A stretch of 64,000 nt of DNA from Antedon mediterranea (lineage: Eukaryota; Animalia; Echinodermata). The notes under the pieces were generated by a model. The model saw nothing but the letters and a program-made list of their open reading frames with translations. It was not told the DNA's origin and made no database searches. The stretch lies in NCBI RefSeq assembly GCF_964355755.1, contig NC_092670.1:7616201-7680200 (forward strand). Reading direction: 5' to 3'. Shown here in pieces: positions 17,312-31,700 of the stretch. Position numbers and translations under genes: made by a program. How positions within the stretch are numbered: position 1 is the first letter of the stretch; the number at the start of each line of letters is the position of its first letter.

Positions 17312-17934
17312 TTTTGTAAGGATATTAGTAGATTCAAAACGAACTGTTAATTTTGTTTGTGCGTAAATTTCTAAACACTCCGCAACTGCATGGGTTCATT
17401 TGACAATTGACCTCTTAGTTACGTTAAGTTACGGGCCCTCTATAACTATTACAGGCCCTCTATAATTGTAAATTATTTATACACAAACAAACTTACGCAA
17501 CAGGTACAATAAACAATCATTCACAATTGTCAAATGTTACTGTTAAAAAGCGTAATAAAAGATGTTATTATAGAATATTCAACTAGAAAAAGTTTTTATT
17601 AATGTACATGAAATCAGATAGAGAGAGTTGTGAGTATATCATACTACCTCACTTTCTATAATGATGCTGTTACTTACGTTACTTTATGTATTTGTAAAAT
17701 ACATTTTTTCCCTAGGAAATTTTTTTCTTTGAATAGTTCTGTAACTACATTTGAACTGTAACCCATCTAACCTAAGTTTTGTATATTTCAACAATACAAC
17801 TTTTCAAACTAAAAGTATAAAGTATTTGATATAACAACAGTAAGATGTTAAGGCTTGCAAAAAGAAGACCAAAGTGCATGGTTTCAAATGTGTCTGAGGC
17901 AGAGAGTAGAATATATGAGAATTATCCTAACGGA

Positions 17935-18517
17935 TATAGTTGTCCTTGGGGATAGTTGTCCTATAGGTAGTTGTCCTAGGGGTAGTTGTCCTAGGTGGTA
18001 GTTGTCCTAGGTGGTAGTTGTCTTAGGGGGTAGTTGTCTTAGTGGGCAGTTGTCCTAGGGGTACTTGTCCTAAGAGTAGTTGTCCTAGGTGTAGTTGTCC
18101 TGGGGGGGTAGTTGTCTTAGGGGGTAGTTGTTCTAGGGAGTAGTTGTCCTAGGTGGTAGTTGTCCTAGGGGTAGTTGTCCTAAGAGGTAGTTGTCCTAAG
18201 AGGTAGTTGTCCTAAGAGGTAGTTATCTGGGAGAAGTTGTCCTGAGTGGTAGTTGTTCTGGGGGTAGTTGTCTGGGAGGAAGTTGTCCCGGGGATAGTTG
18301 CCTTGGGAGTAGTTGTCTTAGGGTGGTAGTTGTCTGGGTGGTAATTGCTGTCAATGGGAGGGGAGCGTGGTATTTTTCCTAGGGAGTAGTTGTTCTAAGG
18401 GTTAGTTGTCCTTGGGAGGAGGGTGTAGTTATCCGGTGGTAATTGTCCAAGGAGAGTAATTGTCCTAGGGGATAGTTTTCTGGGTGGTAATGCCCAGGGG
18501 ATAGTTATCTGGATACG
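17935..18517. repeat. G-rich 14-15 bp minisatellite (GGTAGTTGTCCTAG)n, probably MITE-derived
   Basis: Several dozen tandem variants of GGTAGTTGTCCT(A/G)G ending in GGATACG; orthologous array at 40860-41238. Confidence 0.92.
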
Positions 18518-21314
18518 AATATTGAATAGTCCTGGGCCCCTCTACAATAAAAACAATCAAAAAACCACCCTGTTCTATGCCAGAAATCTTACCTATTTGA
18601 CATGTAGTTACTGTACTATTTCTAATACTATTTTTAAACTATCACCCACCAGGTACGATAAACAATTTCAATCACGATTGTCATATTCTTTTACAGGTTC
18701 TGTTTTCAAAAATAAATGATGCATATACGCATTCTAACTCTATTTATTATAGTTATTCAACTAAAAAAAAAGTTGATTGTTCCTAATACACCTACCGTAA
18801 TGAACTATAATAGGAAAACAGGATGGGAAAGTATCCACAGATGCCATATTACTTTCCTTTCTGCTGCTGTTATTTTACTTTATATTTATTTCATCATTTT
18901 TTTCTAGACTAACAATTTTCTTTCAATACTGTAGTTCTGTATTATAACATACAATAATAATAATAATTTATTGGAAACTTCACTTTTACAACAGTGGCAC
19001 ACTTTGATGGTAAAGGTGTGGCAAAATAATAACTTAAAATAAAACAAAATAAATGTTGTGTGAAATACAGCATACACGAATAAATAAATTTGTTTTACTT
19101 AAAAATGAATCAAAATAAATGTAAAAATAATAGAATGTAGTAACAAATACAAACATAAGTCTTACATTAACAAAAATATAACAAAAAAAAAATTTAAAAA
19201 AAATAAAAATAAATAAAAATGTTTAGATACACAAAATAAATAGAAATAAACTCTAACTGGCCGAATTTTTGTGTGTTTTAACAATAAAATAACTTTTCAA
19301 ACTGAGAGTATAAAATACTATATTATTAACATAACTATAAAAATAACATTCTGACTATTTAGTGCTTGCTTTCAAATAGTCTGTTCTTATTTTATGTGTA
19401 TATACCATTCTTATAGTTGTAAGTGTTTGACGGCCTTGTTCATGTCAGCCTTTGCTGCCTTGAAGCACCCTTTTATTAAACAAAGTTTAATAATAAAAAA
19501 ATTAAATAAATTTTCAACTACCTACTATTGAGTCAAACAGACAGTATTCACGCTTGTATTTCTGAAAATGTGTTTAGGACTTCATAAAACTAAAAAAATC
19601 CTAATATTCATAAAGGTTGTATACAACATATTGAAAGTTGAAATACACAATAGTTACATAAAGAAAACATAAAAGAGTCAAGTTATTTGTATTAATCTAA
19701 AGGAATTACAAATTATTACACATTTTGGTGATGGTGTAACAAATACAAAATTTTATAACTGATTGCATTGAACATTTTTGGATGGTAATACAGACCAAAC
19801 ATAATGTTCAGTATTATTATCTAAATAAGATTGATCGTAAAGTAGATCAAAGCATGCCAGAATTGTCAACATCTATAAAAAATACTGAATGAAATATGTC
19901 TTCAAATTACAACTATACTACTTGTGTCTGCAGTGTTTATAAACCGATGCCAATTAGGGCCTGGCCTACACAAAAAAATTGATAATCACATTGGATCGAT
20001 TAGAAACTTTACTGTACTTACTTTATACTTCACACTTTGTTGTTGGACTTCATGTTTAATTGTTGTTTGTATACATCATGCTTAGAGCGGCTCTCTGACA
20101 AACTCTCCATGGTGTGAAAAAGTGTTTTTATGTGATAACCTGAAACTTCAGTACCTTGAATTGACTCAATCATTTGCTTTTAACCTCACAATTGACTATG
20201 ACTGAACATCAAACTTCACCACAATACATGGTACTGGTGTTGATAACATATAGGTTGGCCCTCTATAGTATGATTATGATATTTCAATTCTATATAAACA
20301 GGCAAAGAATAAATTCTAAACCACCTGATGATAAGATACCAACAATTAAATCATTTATATATATTTATAATAATTCTAGGTTTTATCTTTCTTTACTTCA
20401 TTGCAGTTTTTCATTCAAAAGAATTTATAACTAAAATATAATCTCTATTAAAAAATGAGAAATATCGAAACAATTGAAAAACTTGAAAGTTGATACATTT
20501 TTATTTTACCCAAAATTTAAATGGGATTCATTTAAAATTTTAAATTAGATGATTTACATTTAAAATTAAATTTAAAGAGGAAACCCTTAAAAAAGCTGAA
20601 TTAATAAAACAAATTAAAAATAGGATTAATGAATTAATGTTGATAATGATACTGTTTAATTATTACTTAAATACCAATATTGTATCATGAACAATGTTCA
20701 AAAGAAAAAGCATAGCGTTTCACATAATATAATTGATAATAAATGTAATAGGTGAAAAATATAGGGAATTCAGGAAAAAATATAAAAGTAACTATACATA
20801 CTATGTTCAATACAACTAAAATGTTTTTTCTAAAACTTTTTCACGATTGTTGGAAAGAAAGAAGGAAAGAAAGAAACAAAGAATAAAAATCATGTCACCT
20901 ATAATTGTTCATTTAACTTAATTTTTTATTTTTGTTTTTATGTTTTTTATGTTTTTTTAAAATTTGATTGTCGAAATTAATTTAAAAAAATTTAATATGC
21001 AAATAATGATGACTTAATCAACTTTTGTTCTCTTAATTTCATAATAAATCATACATATGACATACACTTGATGAAATGAAAAATGTTTGCAAAAAAACAT
21101 GTTTGTGCACAAAACAAAATATATTACTAATGTTTTCATATTTTTATGTAATACCTAATAAACTAAACAAATATATGGCAATAAGTTTCTAGAGAATACT
21201 CACATTAAACGACTTTATTTAAAAGTTTTCTCATCTAAACGTAGCACACCACTTAAACCACAAACAGAAAAATATCTTTCTTTACTCATCACATATTTGT
21301 ATTATTTATGTGAT

Positions 21315-21525
21315 GTACTAGTATACCGGGGTAACCCCCTACTTGTCTTGAAAGATGTACCAGGTTCTTTAAAGTGCACATGAGCTAGATGTGTACCTAT
21401 GGTTTGTAGTCCTTATCCGAGAAGACTCGTCCTTTCACCAGAACCATAGAGCGAGTGAGTCTTGAACTCTTGACTATGTTATGGCTACGTAATTACGGTT
21501 TCACTCGGCCACTCACTCACTCGCA
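21315..21525 (-). mobile_element. tRNA-derived SINE copy (same family as 39519-39854)
   Basis: Reverse complement of the TGGCCGAG...GTTCAAG...TCTTCTCGGATAAGGAC...TTTAAAGAACC core; orthologous copy at ~43305-43530. Confidence 0.78.
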
Positions 21526-24500
21526 TACCATTGCAATGAGCTTCAGTTAAATGTTTATTTTATTGTATATTATTTTTACAGAAGAGATAGATCTGAATGG
21601 CAATGATGAAGTGCTTACACCTGTGATGAAACGAAAGTTGTCACGAGATGTAAAAGGATCCGTCAAAGGACGATTAAAGCGTATGGTTTCAAATGTGTCT
21701 GAGGCAGACAGTAAAATATCAGAGGAATTAACAGTAAGTTCAGCTAATATGTTATTGTTTTTGTGGATTGTATGCACATTGATACTGTACATAGAATGGA
21801 CCTGGTTACATTACCCCAACTGTTGATATAATTTCAGTCATTAAGCCTACCCTCTTATAAGGAAATGTAAATGTGTGGGAATATCCTGTATCTCGCATCC
21901 CAACTGGAGTGAAATGCCTACATCAGCTGTGGCATAATAATACAGCAAGAGCAATACAGGGTGGCAATTGTTTCATATTTATGCTTGGGTTGCCACGGTG
22001 GCTGTCAAAAAGGTCCTGGAACTATAACAGGATTTGAACCTTGGATTGGTAACCAAGTTCATCTTCATCGTTGAGTTCCCACAATCATCATGTTGATTAT
22101 CACGGAACTAGTCGTTGTGGTGGCAGTATTCAAAGCTGGTTTTGGGTTTAGTTTTGATTGTTTGCCGGATTATTTCTATTTATAATATAATTCTTAGTTC
22201 TCAACATGTGAAAAAATGGTTTCAAATTTGCTAATGTGTTAATCTTAATCTAAAATATCTTTACCTTTTTTTAACCTTTTATCAGTTTTCAAAAGTTCAA
22301 ATGAACGCATCATCTTAGGCAACTCAAAAGTCTTCTAATAACAATCCTTATCTTACAGAAAACTGAGGAGGATAGTCTTCTTGAGAGTTTCAGCATTAGT
22401 AGAACAATGCAATTGAACTCACCAGAGTACCATTGGATCGTTATTGGTTGTATTGCTGCTGCTATCAATGGAGCGTCACAACCAGCGTTTGCTATTATAT
22501 TTAGTCGCATACTTGAGGTTAGTATTAGCCCTCCTCAGTGAGGTTTCTAATTTTTTTATATATAGATATGATAATAATATTTATTTAACCATCATAAAAT
22601 GTGTTACGAATTTTAGTCATTTAGTCGACATTGTTGACTTATCGTGTTTGGAAATCAAGTTGTTGTGTGCGCCGTCTACTCTGGGTTGGAGCACTGGCTT
22701 TTTAATGGCCTCATGAAATATTCTCACCATCCAACTAATAAACATTCATTATTTGTATATCATATAATGTTTATTTGTCTTTAAGGCTTTTTCATTTCCT
22801 GATGATGAGTTGAAAAGAAGATCAAGGATTTATTGTGGAATGTTTGCCTTGATTGGTGTTGTCTTGTTTGTAGCTAATTTGATCCAGGTATAATATTTTA
22901 ATAACATTTTGTCCTTTTCTTGTTCGTTTTTTTTTTTTTTACCTTATTTAATGAAGGTGATCCATCCAGCAATTGCTGATCATTAGGGACCCTCAGAGGT
23001 TCACATGACCAACATATACACAAGATGCTTGACATAAACAAGGTCTTATTACAAGTCTTTGGGAGTGGAGTTGTAATTTTGTCCTTAGAAAAAATCCTGA
23101 CATGTGACGGGACCCTTGGAGTGGCAGCCAAGCATCATAACCACCAAGCCACAACTCCACTTCCAATAAGATGAAATCCGTTAGAGATGTATTGTCCCCC
23201 AAAAATATGAATAAGTAGAAAAATGACAAAATAAATTGTTAAATTCAGCTGGAAACTCATTGGCTTGCAGCTAATTTGACTATTTTTTGCTTTAAATAAG
23301 AGTTTTTTCAGGTATAACAATTTTTGGTTAACTAGTATATCACATTTATTAAAATGGCATATTAAACAGAAAGGGACAATACATTCTTAAACAAATTGTA
23401 TTCTTTATAAATTTATTAAAAGCGGACATTAATTAAGATGATTTTGTTGCTAAGCATCTCTAAGTTTTTGATGCTATGCACTGTCTTAACATGAGACCTC
23501 ACAACATGTATAGTATGCTGTCCATAGACAGCAAAGAAACATACATTATTGAGCTTATGTCAGCACATAAATGCAAGTCGAACAACTTGTTGACAAGTGC
23601 TCCGAGCAACTGAACGCAACTGACTGCAATTCATACTAATCATTTCCATGTTACTATGCGCTTGCACATGCAGTACTGGTTCCTATAGAACTACAAATCG
23701 TGTTGTATGTGCAGTATGGTATTAACCATGATTAGTTACAATTGGTTACAATGTTGACATGAAAGCGCTCACACATTAGTTCATTTAAATTCTGTTCAGT
23801 TCCATCACTGGCTTGCTTGCAACTATAGTTCCTTTCAGTTGAGTTCTTCCATATTAAACATACTGTACACCCGCTTAAAAGCATAAGGCGGACTATATCC
23901 AACAGATGAATTAATGAACGAACCTTGATTTTTTAACAGGGAGCAGCTTTTGGTAAATCAGGAGAAGAACTTACAAAAAGAGCCCGTAGTATGTCTTTCA
24001 AGGCCATGTTGAGACAGGTAACAATCCGCAAAACTAATGCAGCTCTCGGGGCACTATCAAAATTAATATAGGTAGTGATATGCCCAAATATAGTAGTTAT
24101 CGGACATCATCCTGTCAATGTATGGGCACATCACATTTTTTTGTCACATAAAGTTTTATATTTTAGACATAGCCTAATGTAGATCTTGGGGCCCCATAAA
24201 AATAAATTAAGCAAATACTTGGCAAAATAAATGGAGTAACAGAAGGTGTGCTATTTATTATTTTGATCCATATTGAAAACAAAGATATTGTAATAAAATT
24301 TGTGAAATCTATTATATTGTTTTCTGAAAATCAATAGGCATTGCCTTTAAGCCCAACAATTCAGGATGATATAATTGGGAAGGTAAAAATAGTACATTGA
24401 CATAACACTGTACTTACTATGGTCTAATGGTAGGCCGTCTAGATTTACATTTGAGATTCTTATAAGAATATTTTTACTCTTATTTTAAGTCTCATTAGAA

Positions 24501-27500
24501 AGCGATTTCTTATAACTCAACATGTTTATTTTCAAGGATATTACCTGGTTTGATGATCAGAGAAATGGTACTGGTGCATTAACATCAAGACTTGCTACCC
24601 AAGCAGCTAATATACAAGGAGTAAGATATATTATTATGTGTTATATATTACTAGCATTTCAATATGATCTCTAGATGGCTTGTTAAAATGATTAGACTTT
24701 GTCATCTGACTTGAAAACAAAATGGACATTGTAAGTGTTAATATAACTGTAAAATATGAAACATGAAACAATACTAAAATTTATTTTCAACTTTTATTAT
24801 TATTATATATAACTATAATTATTATTATTTCTCATTTTTTTTAGTTTTAGTAATTTCGAATAATTCATTTTGTTTATTTTATTTTTTGAACATACACCTT
24901 TAAATTGGTGGCACTCATGGAAAAAAAATGAAAAGGAAAATAATAGAGATAGAAATGAAACACTGTACAAAAGCATAAGGAAAGCCTTATAATACCAAAA
25001 TTAAAACTAACAAATTAATTGAAACTTAAATTTTATTTGCAATACAGATGTTGTATACATTGGTCTGTTTAATTTTTTACCTTTTCCCAAGCTATCTTCG
25101 TATAAGATTTGAAGATATCAAATTAGTGTTTTTATTACGAAAACTTTGATGTATTTAGGCAACTGGAGTAAGACTTGGGACCGTATTTCAGTCAGTTTTT
25201 AACATGGGAGCAGCTTTGATAATTTCATTCATTTATGGCTGGCAGCTTACTCTGTTGGTGTTAGCTCTCTTGCCTCTTATTGTCGTTGCTGGTGCAATAC
25301 AGTGGAAAGTTGTGCAAGGAAATTCAGTAGCTAACAAGGTAGCATACGAAGGTGCTGGCAAGGTACAGTAGATCCATATAACATAGCCTATAATTAAAAC
25401 GTGAACTTGATTGGTTGAAACGGCATCACATGACTAGCTGCTCCGAGGGCTGTAGTTGCTATAGTTCTTCGAGCAGTGTTATTTTGACTAAGTAATTTTC
25501 ATTTAATTTTCGTCATGCGGATGAACAATTGTTTTTATTTTCATCAAAATTGGGTGATGGAAAGTTAATTTTTTTATGACCTTGGTTTTAGTATTTGAAA
25601 ATATAATTAAAATTATTTTGTTGTTCAGAGACTGTATGGAGCCCAGCGTAATGATGGGCTGGCCTATATCATTTGTTTTGCTATTTTGAGGCCATAGGTC
25701 CATTTAACCCACAAATAGCTTACAGTGAACTATGCATACAGTAATCTCAAATGTTGTAAAACTGTATATATTTGGTTGTATCTTTATGTTATAGGTTTCG
25801 AGTGAAGCCATTGACAATGTAAGAACCATTGCATCATTGGCACGTGAAGATACATTCTTTGACAAGTACTCGGATTACCTAGAGGAACCGCACAAGTAAG
25901 ATTTTCAATTTGTTGCAATCAAAAGAACCATATTCAATTTCAAGTCTATCTTATTTTTGGAATCTCTGGTCCATTGAATGTAAAAATTACAAATAAATTA
26001 ATAAAAAAAAAAACAAAAAAATATACTAATTACTACTATTAATGAGACTAAGGATAGTCAGTTAGTTAGACTGTGTATAAAACTGCCTATCTTTATTTAG
26101 ACAAAATCTTCTTAAATGCACACTACTTCTTTGAAAAGTTCTTTGCAAGCACCCATAATCTCCTCCAATCCCCACTTGCTTCATTGACATCTGCTGGAAA
26201 TATGCCTTTTCGATAAAAGTTGGATTAATCCTTTGCTCTATTGGAAAATCCACTTGAATGCCTCTCTCTTTTGAAAAACCTGTTGAAACTCTTTCTCTTT
26301 GTTTAACACGAATTATCCACTGGACAACCTTTCTCTTTTACCATTGAAAAGTCCACTCAGAAGCCCTCCTTTTGGTTCATTGAGTAAGTTCTGCTGGAAA
26401 ACAGTCTTTTGCTTTTTTCGGTAAAGGTTAGCTTAATCTGTTGCTCCATTAAAAAATCGACTCAAAAGTTATGTATTATCTTTCAGATCAAGCCTAGCAA
26501 AGGGCCTGATTGGTGGTTGTGCCTTTGGATTCAGTCAGTGTGTTATATTCTTTATCTATGCAGCAACATTTCTTGTTGTCAGAGACAAGATGGAATTTGA
26601 AGATATATTTTTGTAAGTTGCAATAAATTTTAACATTCTATATAAAAAACAGTTGTAAATGTATGAAATTATTATACAATTTGTGGGTAGAAGTTTATAC
26701 CTAGCCAAAATGGCCATATTCTCAGACGTTTTTGTTGCCTGGCTTGCAAATATAGGAATGATTTATTTTATAGTCTATTGTCACTGCTACTTAGATGCCA
26801 CCTTTCCAATGACCATTACAGTATAATCCGCACACAAATCAATATATTCATTAGAAGTATACTTTTTAAATTTTTTGAATAACTATTGTTATTGTTTACA
26901 CCACCAGAGTTTTTTCAGCCATTGTGTTTGGAGGGTTTGCGTTAGGCCGGGTGTCTTCTCTAGCTCCAGATTATTCTAAAGCCAAGATAGCTACAGCTCA
27001 AATGTTCCAACTCATTGACAAAGTGCCAGACATTGACTCATATAGTACTACTGGAAAAATATTGGTAATTTTAAGCGACTTTTCACAACTCTCTTCTTTG
27101 GTCTGCTGTGCCACCCTCTGCCTCCTACCTAAAACAGAATAGTACTATTGCCTTACTCTAGCCAACCTCTATCTCAGATTTAGTTTAGAGGTAATCTTTT
27201 ACTTTTAAAGCTAAGATATTCTGTACAGTTGGAGGAAAGTTGGAGATAAGACTATATTTTTAACAAATATGGTTCACAAAATCTTTATTTATCAGACAGT
27301 ATAGAATCAAAATGTTATTAGTAGTAGATGGCGCTGGATTGTATAGTGTCGTTTGTACACTGTACTTTCAGGGTTCATTACATCATAAGTTCATTGGCAC
27401 ATAAACGTAAATGTCCACTTACGGTAATCTAAATTTGCTTTTATTATCATAAAAAATCTGATGCCTTTATTTTTTTATTATAATAGGAAAACTTTAAACC

Positions 27501-28550
27501 TCAAGTTCGTTTCCGCAATGTAAAATTCAACTATCCATCAAGACCAGATATCCAGGTTCTTCGGAACCTGTCAGTGGATGTCAGTGAAGGAGAGATGTTG
27601 GCACTGGTTGGCAGCAGTGGATGTGGTAAAAGTACTGCCATCCAGTTATTGGAAAGATTCTATGATACTCGATCTGGAGAAATTGTAAGTATTTATTCAT
27701 TTAAAACAACAGAGTGGCAGATTTAAATCTGCATAATTATCTGATACAAACACAATTATTGTAAGGACATTTTTTTATGTTGCGTAGGTTGCATTACATT
27801 GCGTCGCTAGTGGGAACCAAGCTTTAGTAAATCAGTAAATAAAAAATATTTCAGAGCAAGGCAAAACATCTGCCAATTACTTACTTTCTGGCATAAAGCT
27901 ACTCAACAGTAATTATACAATAATCATCTGATAAAAAACAAGTCAAAAAGTTAAAGCAAAACAAACTTTATAAGACTCTTAATCATGTCTTTCAATTCTT
28001 TTAGCTTCTAGACAACTTTGAGATAAAATTATTGAATGTCAAATGGTTGCGGTCTCAAATTGGTCTTGTGTCTCAAGAACCAACCTTGTTTGATTTGACG
28101 ATTGCTGAAAACATTGCTTATGGTGATAATGGCCGACAAGTCAGTTTGGATGAGATTATGGACGCGGCGCAACAAGCCAATATTCACAAGTTTATAACGT
28201 CACTTCCAGAGGTACATCATATAATGATTACTAATACTAGCAATGCACCTTATTTTTTTCTTTTATTTTATGTATTTAGGCACATGTGGCCAAGGATTAC
28301 CAATAGTAAATTAGTCACTGTCCTATTAGATAGGCGGTAATCAATTCAAATTTCTTTCACCTATCTTAAATTGTATCTAGATTTAGCCGTTTTTGGAAAA
28401 AGATGATGTAGTCTATGAGAAGGATCTTTGAGTTTCTGGAAGTATCGTAGCACAGTCTAGTTTGGCGTTCACATGCATAGGCACAGTACACTGTGTTGTA
28501 ACTGGGAAACATGATTCTATAATTGCCCTTACTTTCATTTTTAACTGTAG

Positions 28551-28772
<222 letters not shown>

Positions 28773-31700
28773 TAGGCAGACACAACGCAAAACAACTTTT
28801 GTGGAAATAATGGCATCTTGGTTACGCTTAACCTACAGTAGCTGTCTTGGATATTTTCAATTCAATTCAATTCAACTTAACATTTATTTCTTCCTTCAAG
28901 AAAATGAGGTAAACATAACAAATTCCAGAAAAAAAATATAACAAGTCAATTGATGATAAAAAAAATAAAGTATACAGATATCAATAAAAGGAAGTAGGCA
29001 GTGCCCAAGAAGATACAAATCTTGTGGCGGGCCAGCCTATTTACAGACACAGGTAATACGGACAAAAATACCAAAAAAATAGGATTCAAAATACAGGACG
29101 TAAGGACAGGGACATAACATGATAGATGATAGATATGAGAACATTATAATACTTACAATTTATGACATTGTTTTTGTTAGAATAAAAAACAAACAGTTTT
29201 TTTTCCCAACACAACATGCCTAAACTCAAACTGCTTCATAGAGACACTTTTTTTTAACTCACTCCCTCTCGTGAATCATGCACTCTTGCAGTATACAACG
29301 TAAAAATATCTCAAAATAATTATATACCTTTATGTTGTCATAATGTGGAATAATTGTACATCGTTACAATTATGTGTAACTTTCTGGCAGGAATTATGTT
29401 GAATTTTAATATCAACTTTTGTTAGGTTGTACAAGATGCTCTGGATAAAGCTAAGAAAGGTAGAACATGTATAGCCATAGCGCACAGACTGTCCACAATA
29501 CAGGATGCAGACAAGATAGTGGTAATCAAGGCTGGCCATGTCTCAGAATCTGGTACTCACCAAGAACTCTTAGAGCAACAGGAATTCTACCATATGCTTT
29601 TTACAGCACAGGATCTGCAACACTGAATGGAATTGGATGGTTACTTTAATTAATGTGTTTCTGCTGAAAATTTAACAGGTTTTAGTTAAAGACCATGTTG
29701 CAGATTATTTTTTACTAAAAATAAACCAATTGTTTGTATCAGTTGTCTGTGGTTGGTTGTGTAATGACATCATTATTATCCATAGAGACACATCCACATC
29801 AACCATGGAAACTGTTTTTTTACAATTCAATACAATCAGTTTGGTTTTTAAAACCATTGTTTTTATTACTAGGGCTATTTCTCCCAGACAAAAAAAGCTA
29901 GTAAAAACAGTCCTTACACTCCATATGAACTTATTTATGACATTAATTTTTACCATTTTTTGGTGATCAGTTAGGGGAAAGTTGGCCAACAGACAAAAGG
30001 AATGGAGAAACCTGGTACAAAGAGTAAGCAAGGCAGCCCAGGCGGAGAAATCAGAAGATTACTCGGCGAAGAGGCACTACATAAATAAATAATAGTTAGG
30101 GGAAAAATGGCAAAATCAGCACTGATCATTAAGGTATTATAGGAATTTTGGAGTTGTCTAAACAATGGAGACTATCTTGCATCTTGGGACCTCTAAAGGT
30201 TGGGTATTCATATTATCACATTGAACATTCCTATATTATACAAATGATTACAATGACTAAAGAATTTTTCAGCTGAAAAAATAACCACATAAACACCTAG
30301 AAAGTAGGAAGCCTTTTGCCATTTTTCTCGGACTTTCATAATTTTGGATATCTCTTTGCAATATCTAATTTTTATGAGAAGGTTTAGCTCTATTTAAACT
30401 CATTCCTGAGATTATTATTTAAACTTTTTCCGTCAATTTAATTATCATTCCAATACCTTAATCCTTACGCAGAATAACTTTGATAGATTATAGATGGTGT
30501 GTTAAATTAGGTGGTGTTTCTAAGAGTTAGCAGTAGAATAATATTGCAAATATACATATTTTATTTTAAAATAAAGTTATTAATATTTTATAAAATTGTA
30601 TATATATGATATATATTTATAATATAAACTAACCGAAGGTTTGTACATTTTTATCGTATTTTTATATATAGTTTTTATTAATTTGGGTTTTAATTAAGTG
30701 AAAAACTTAACTTTTATTTATAAAATCATACCAGTTATTTTTATCTTTAGAAAGTATGAACATTATAGCACAACTTACTAAAGTTATTTTCAAAACTTAA
30801 GCAAAACTGTGGACTTAAAAGAAGCTTTAAGATGATTTTTTAAATAAATCTAATTCAATGTGAATACATGTTATTGAATTTCATTTGTTCATAGCAAAAA
30901 TGTATAACTTACATCGCCAAAGCATAAAGAAAGGAACTGCTGACATGGAAAAGTCCGGTTACGTTTACGTTCGTGCTACCATAAAAATAATTTATTTATA
31001 CTTTGCAATAGGCCTAGCTGCAATACAGCAGATTTATCCTCTTTTTACTTTCACGATTGCTGCTTTTTGACTTGTGACATAGGAAATAGTAATGTGACAT
31101 TACCATTTCCTATGGACATAATTTATTTTAAAAGAAGATTTATTAGAAGTTCTAACTTATCGAAATACTCAATCGTAACCATTTGAATGAAACTCATCTG
31201 CATTATATTATCAACATTAACTTTATTCAAACAATTACAAAAATGTTATGCATATAAACGTGTGCAAAAACTATATTGTTTACATTGATTGACACCACGA
31301 AATTTAACGACTTTAAATGCGTCAACTTTGTGTTTCATCCATGTTTCACTAAGAAAAAAACAATTTATATTTTCTTTAAATCATAACGTCTTTCCTCATG
31401 CCTTTTATTATAAATCCATTTCAAACCTTTCAAATATATTAATATTTATATTTTTTATTTCTTTATTTTTTTTTTACAAATTGTGACCCTTTATGTATAT
31501 CAGAATAAATAATAAATATAGGCGAAAGCTACATTCGGCAGGGGGTGCCGTTCAATTCCTTTTATGATTTTTTCTTGTAGCTTCACGTAACGTATGCATG
31601 TCTCCTGTTGCAATCAATTGAGCAATAATAATTGCCCATAAACTCACTTTAAAGTTACATTTTCAGAATGTTCATCTTAACAATAGACCCCACCTATTAA

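Noticed and set aside
19540-20660. AT-rich, coding-looking relic shared with ~41600-42680
   Set aside because: Many stops in all frames and no motif I can identify; may be a decayed TE or viral fragment but is not supportable.
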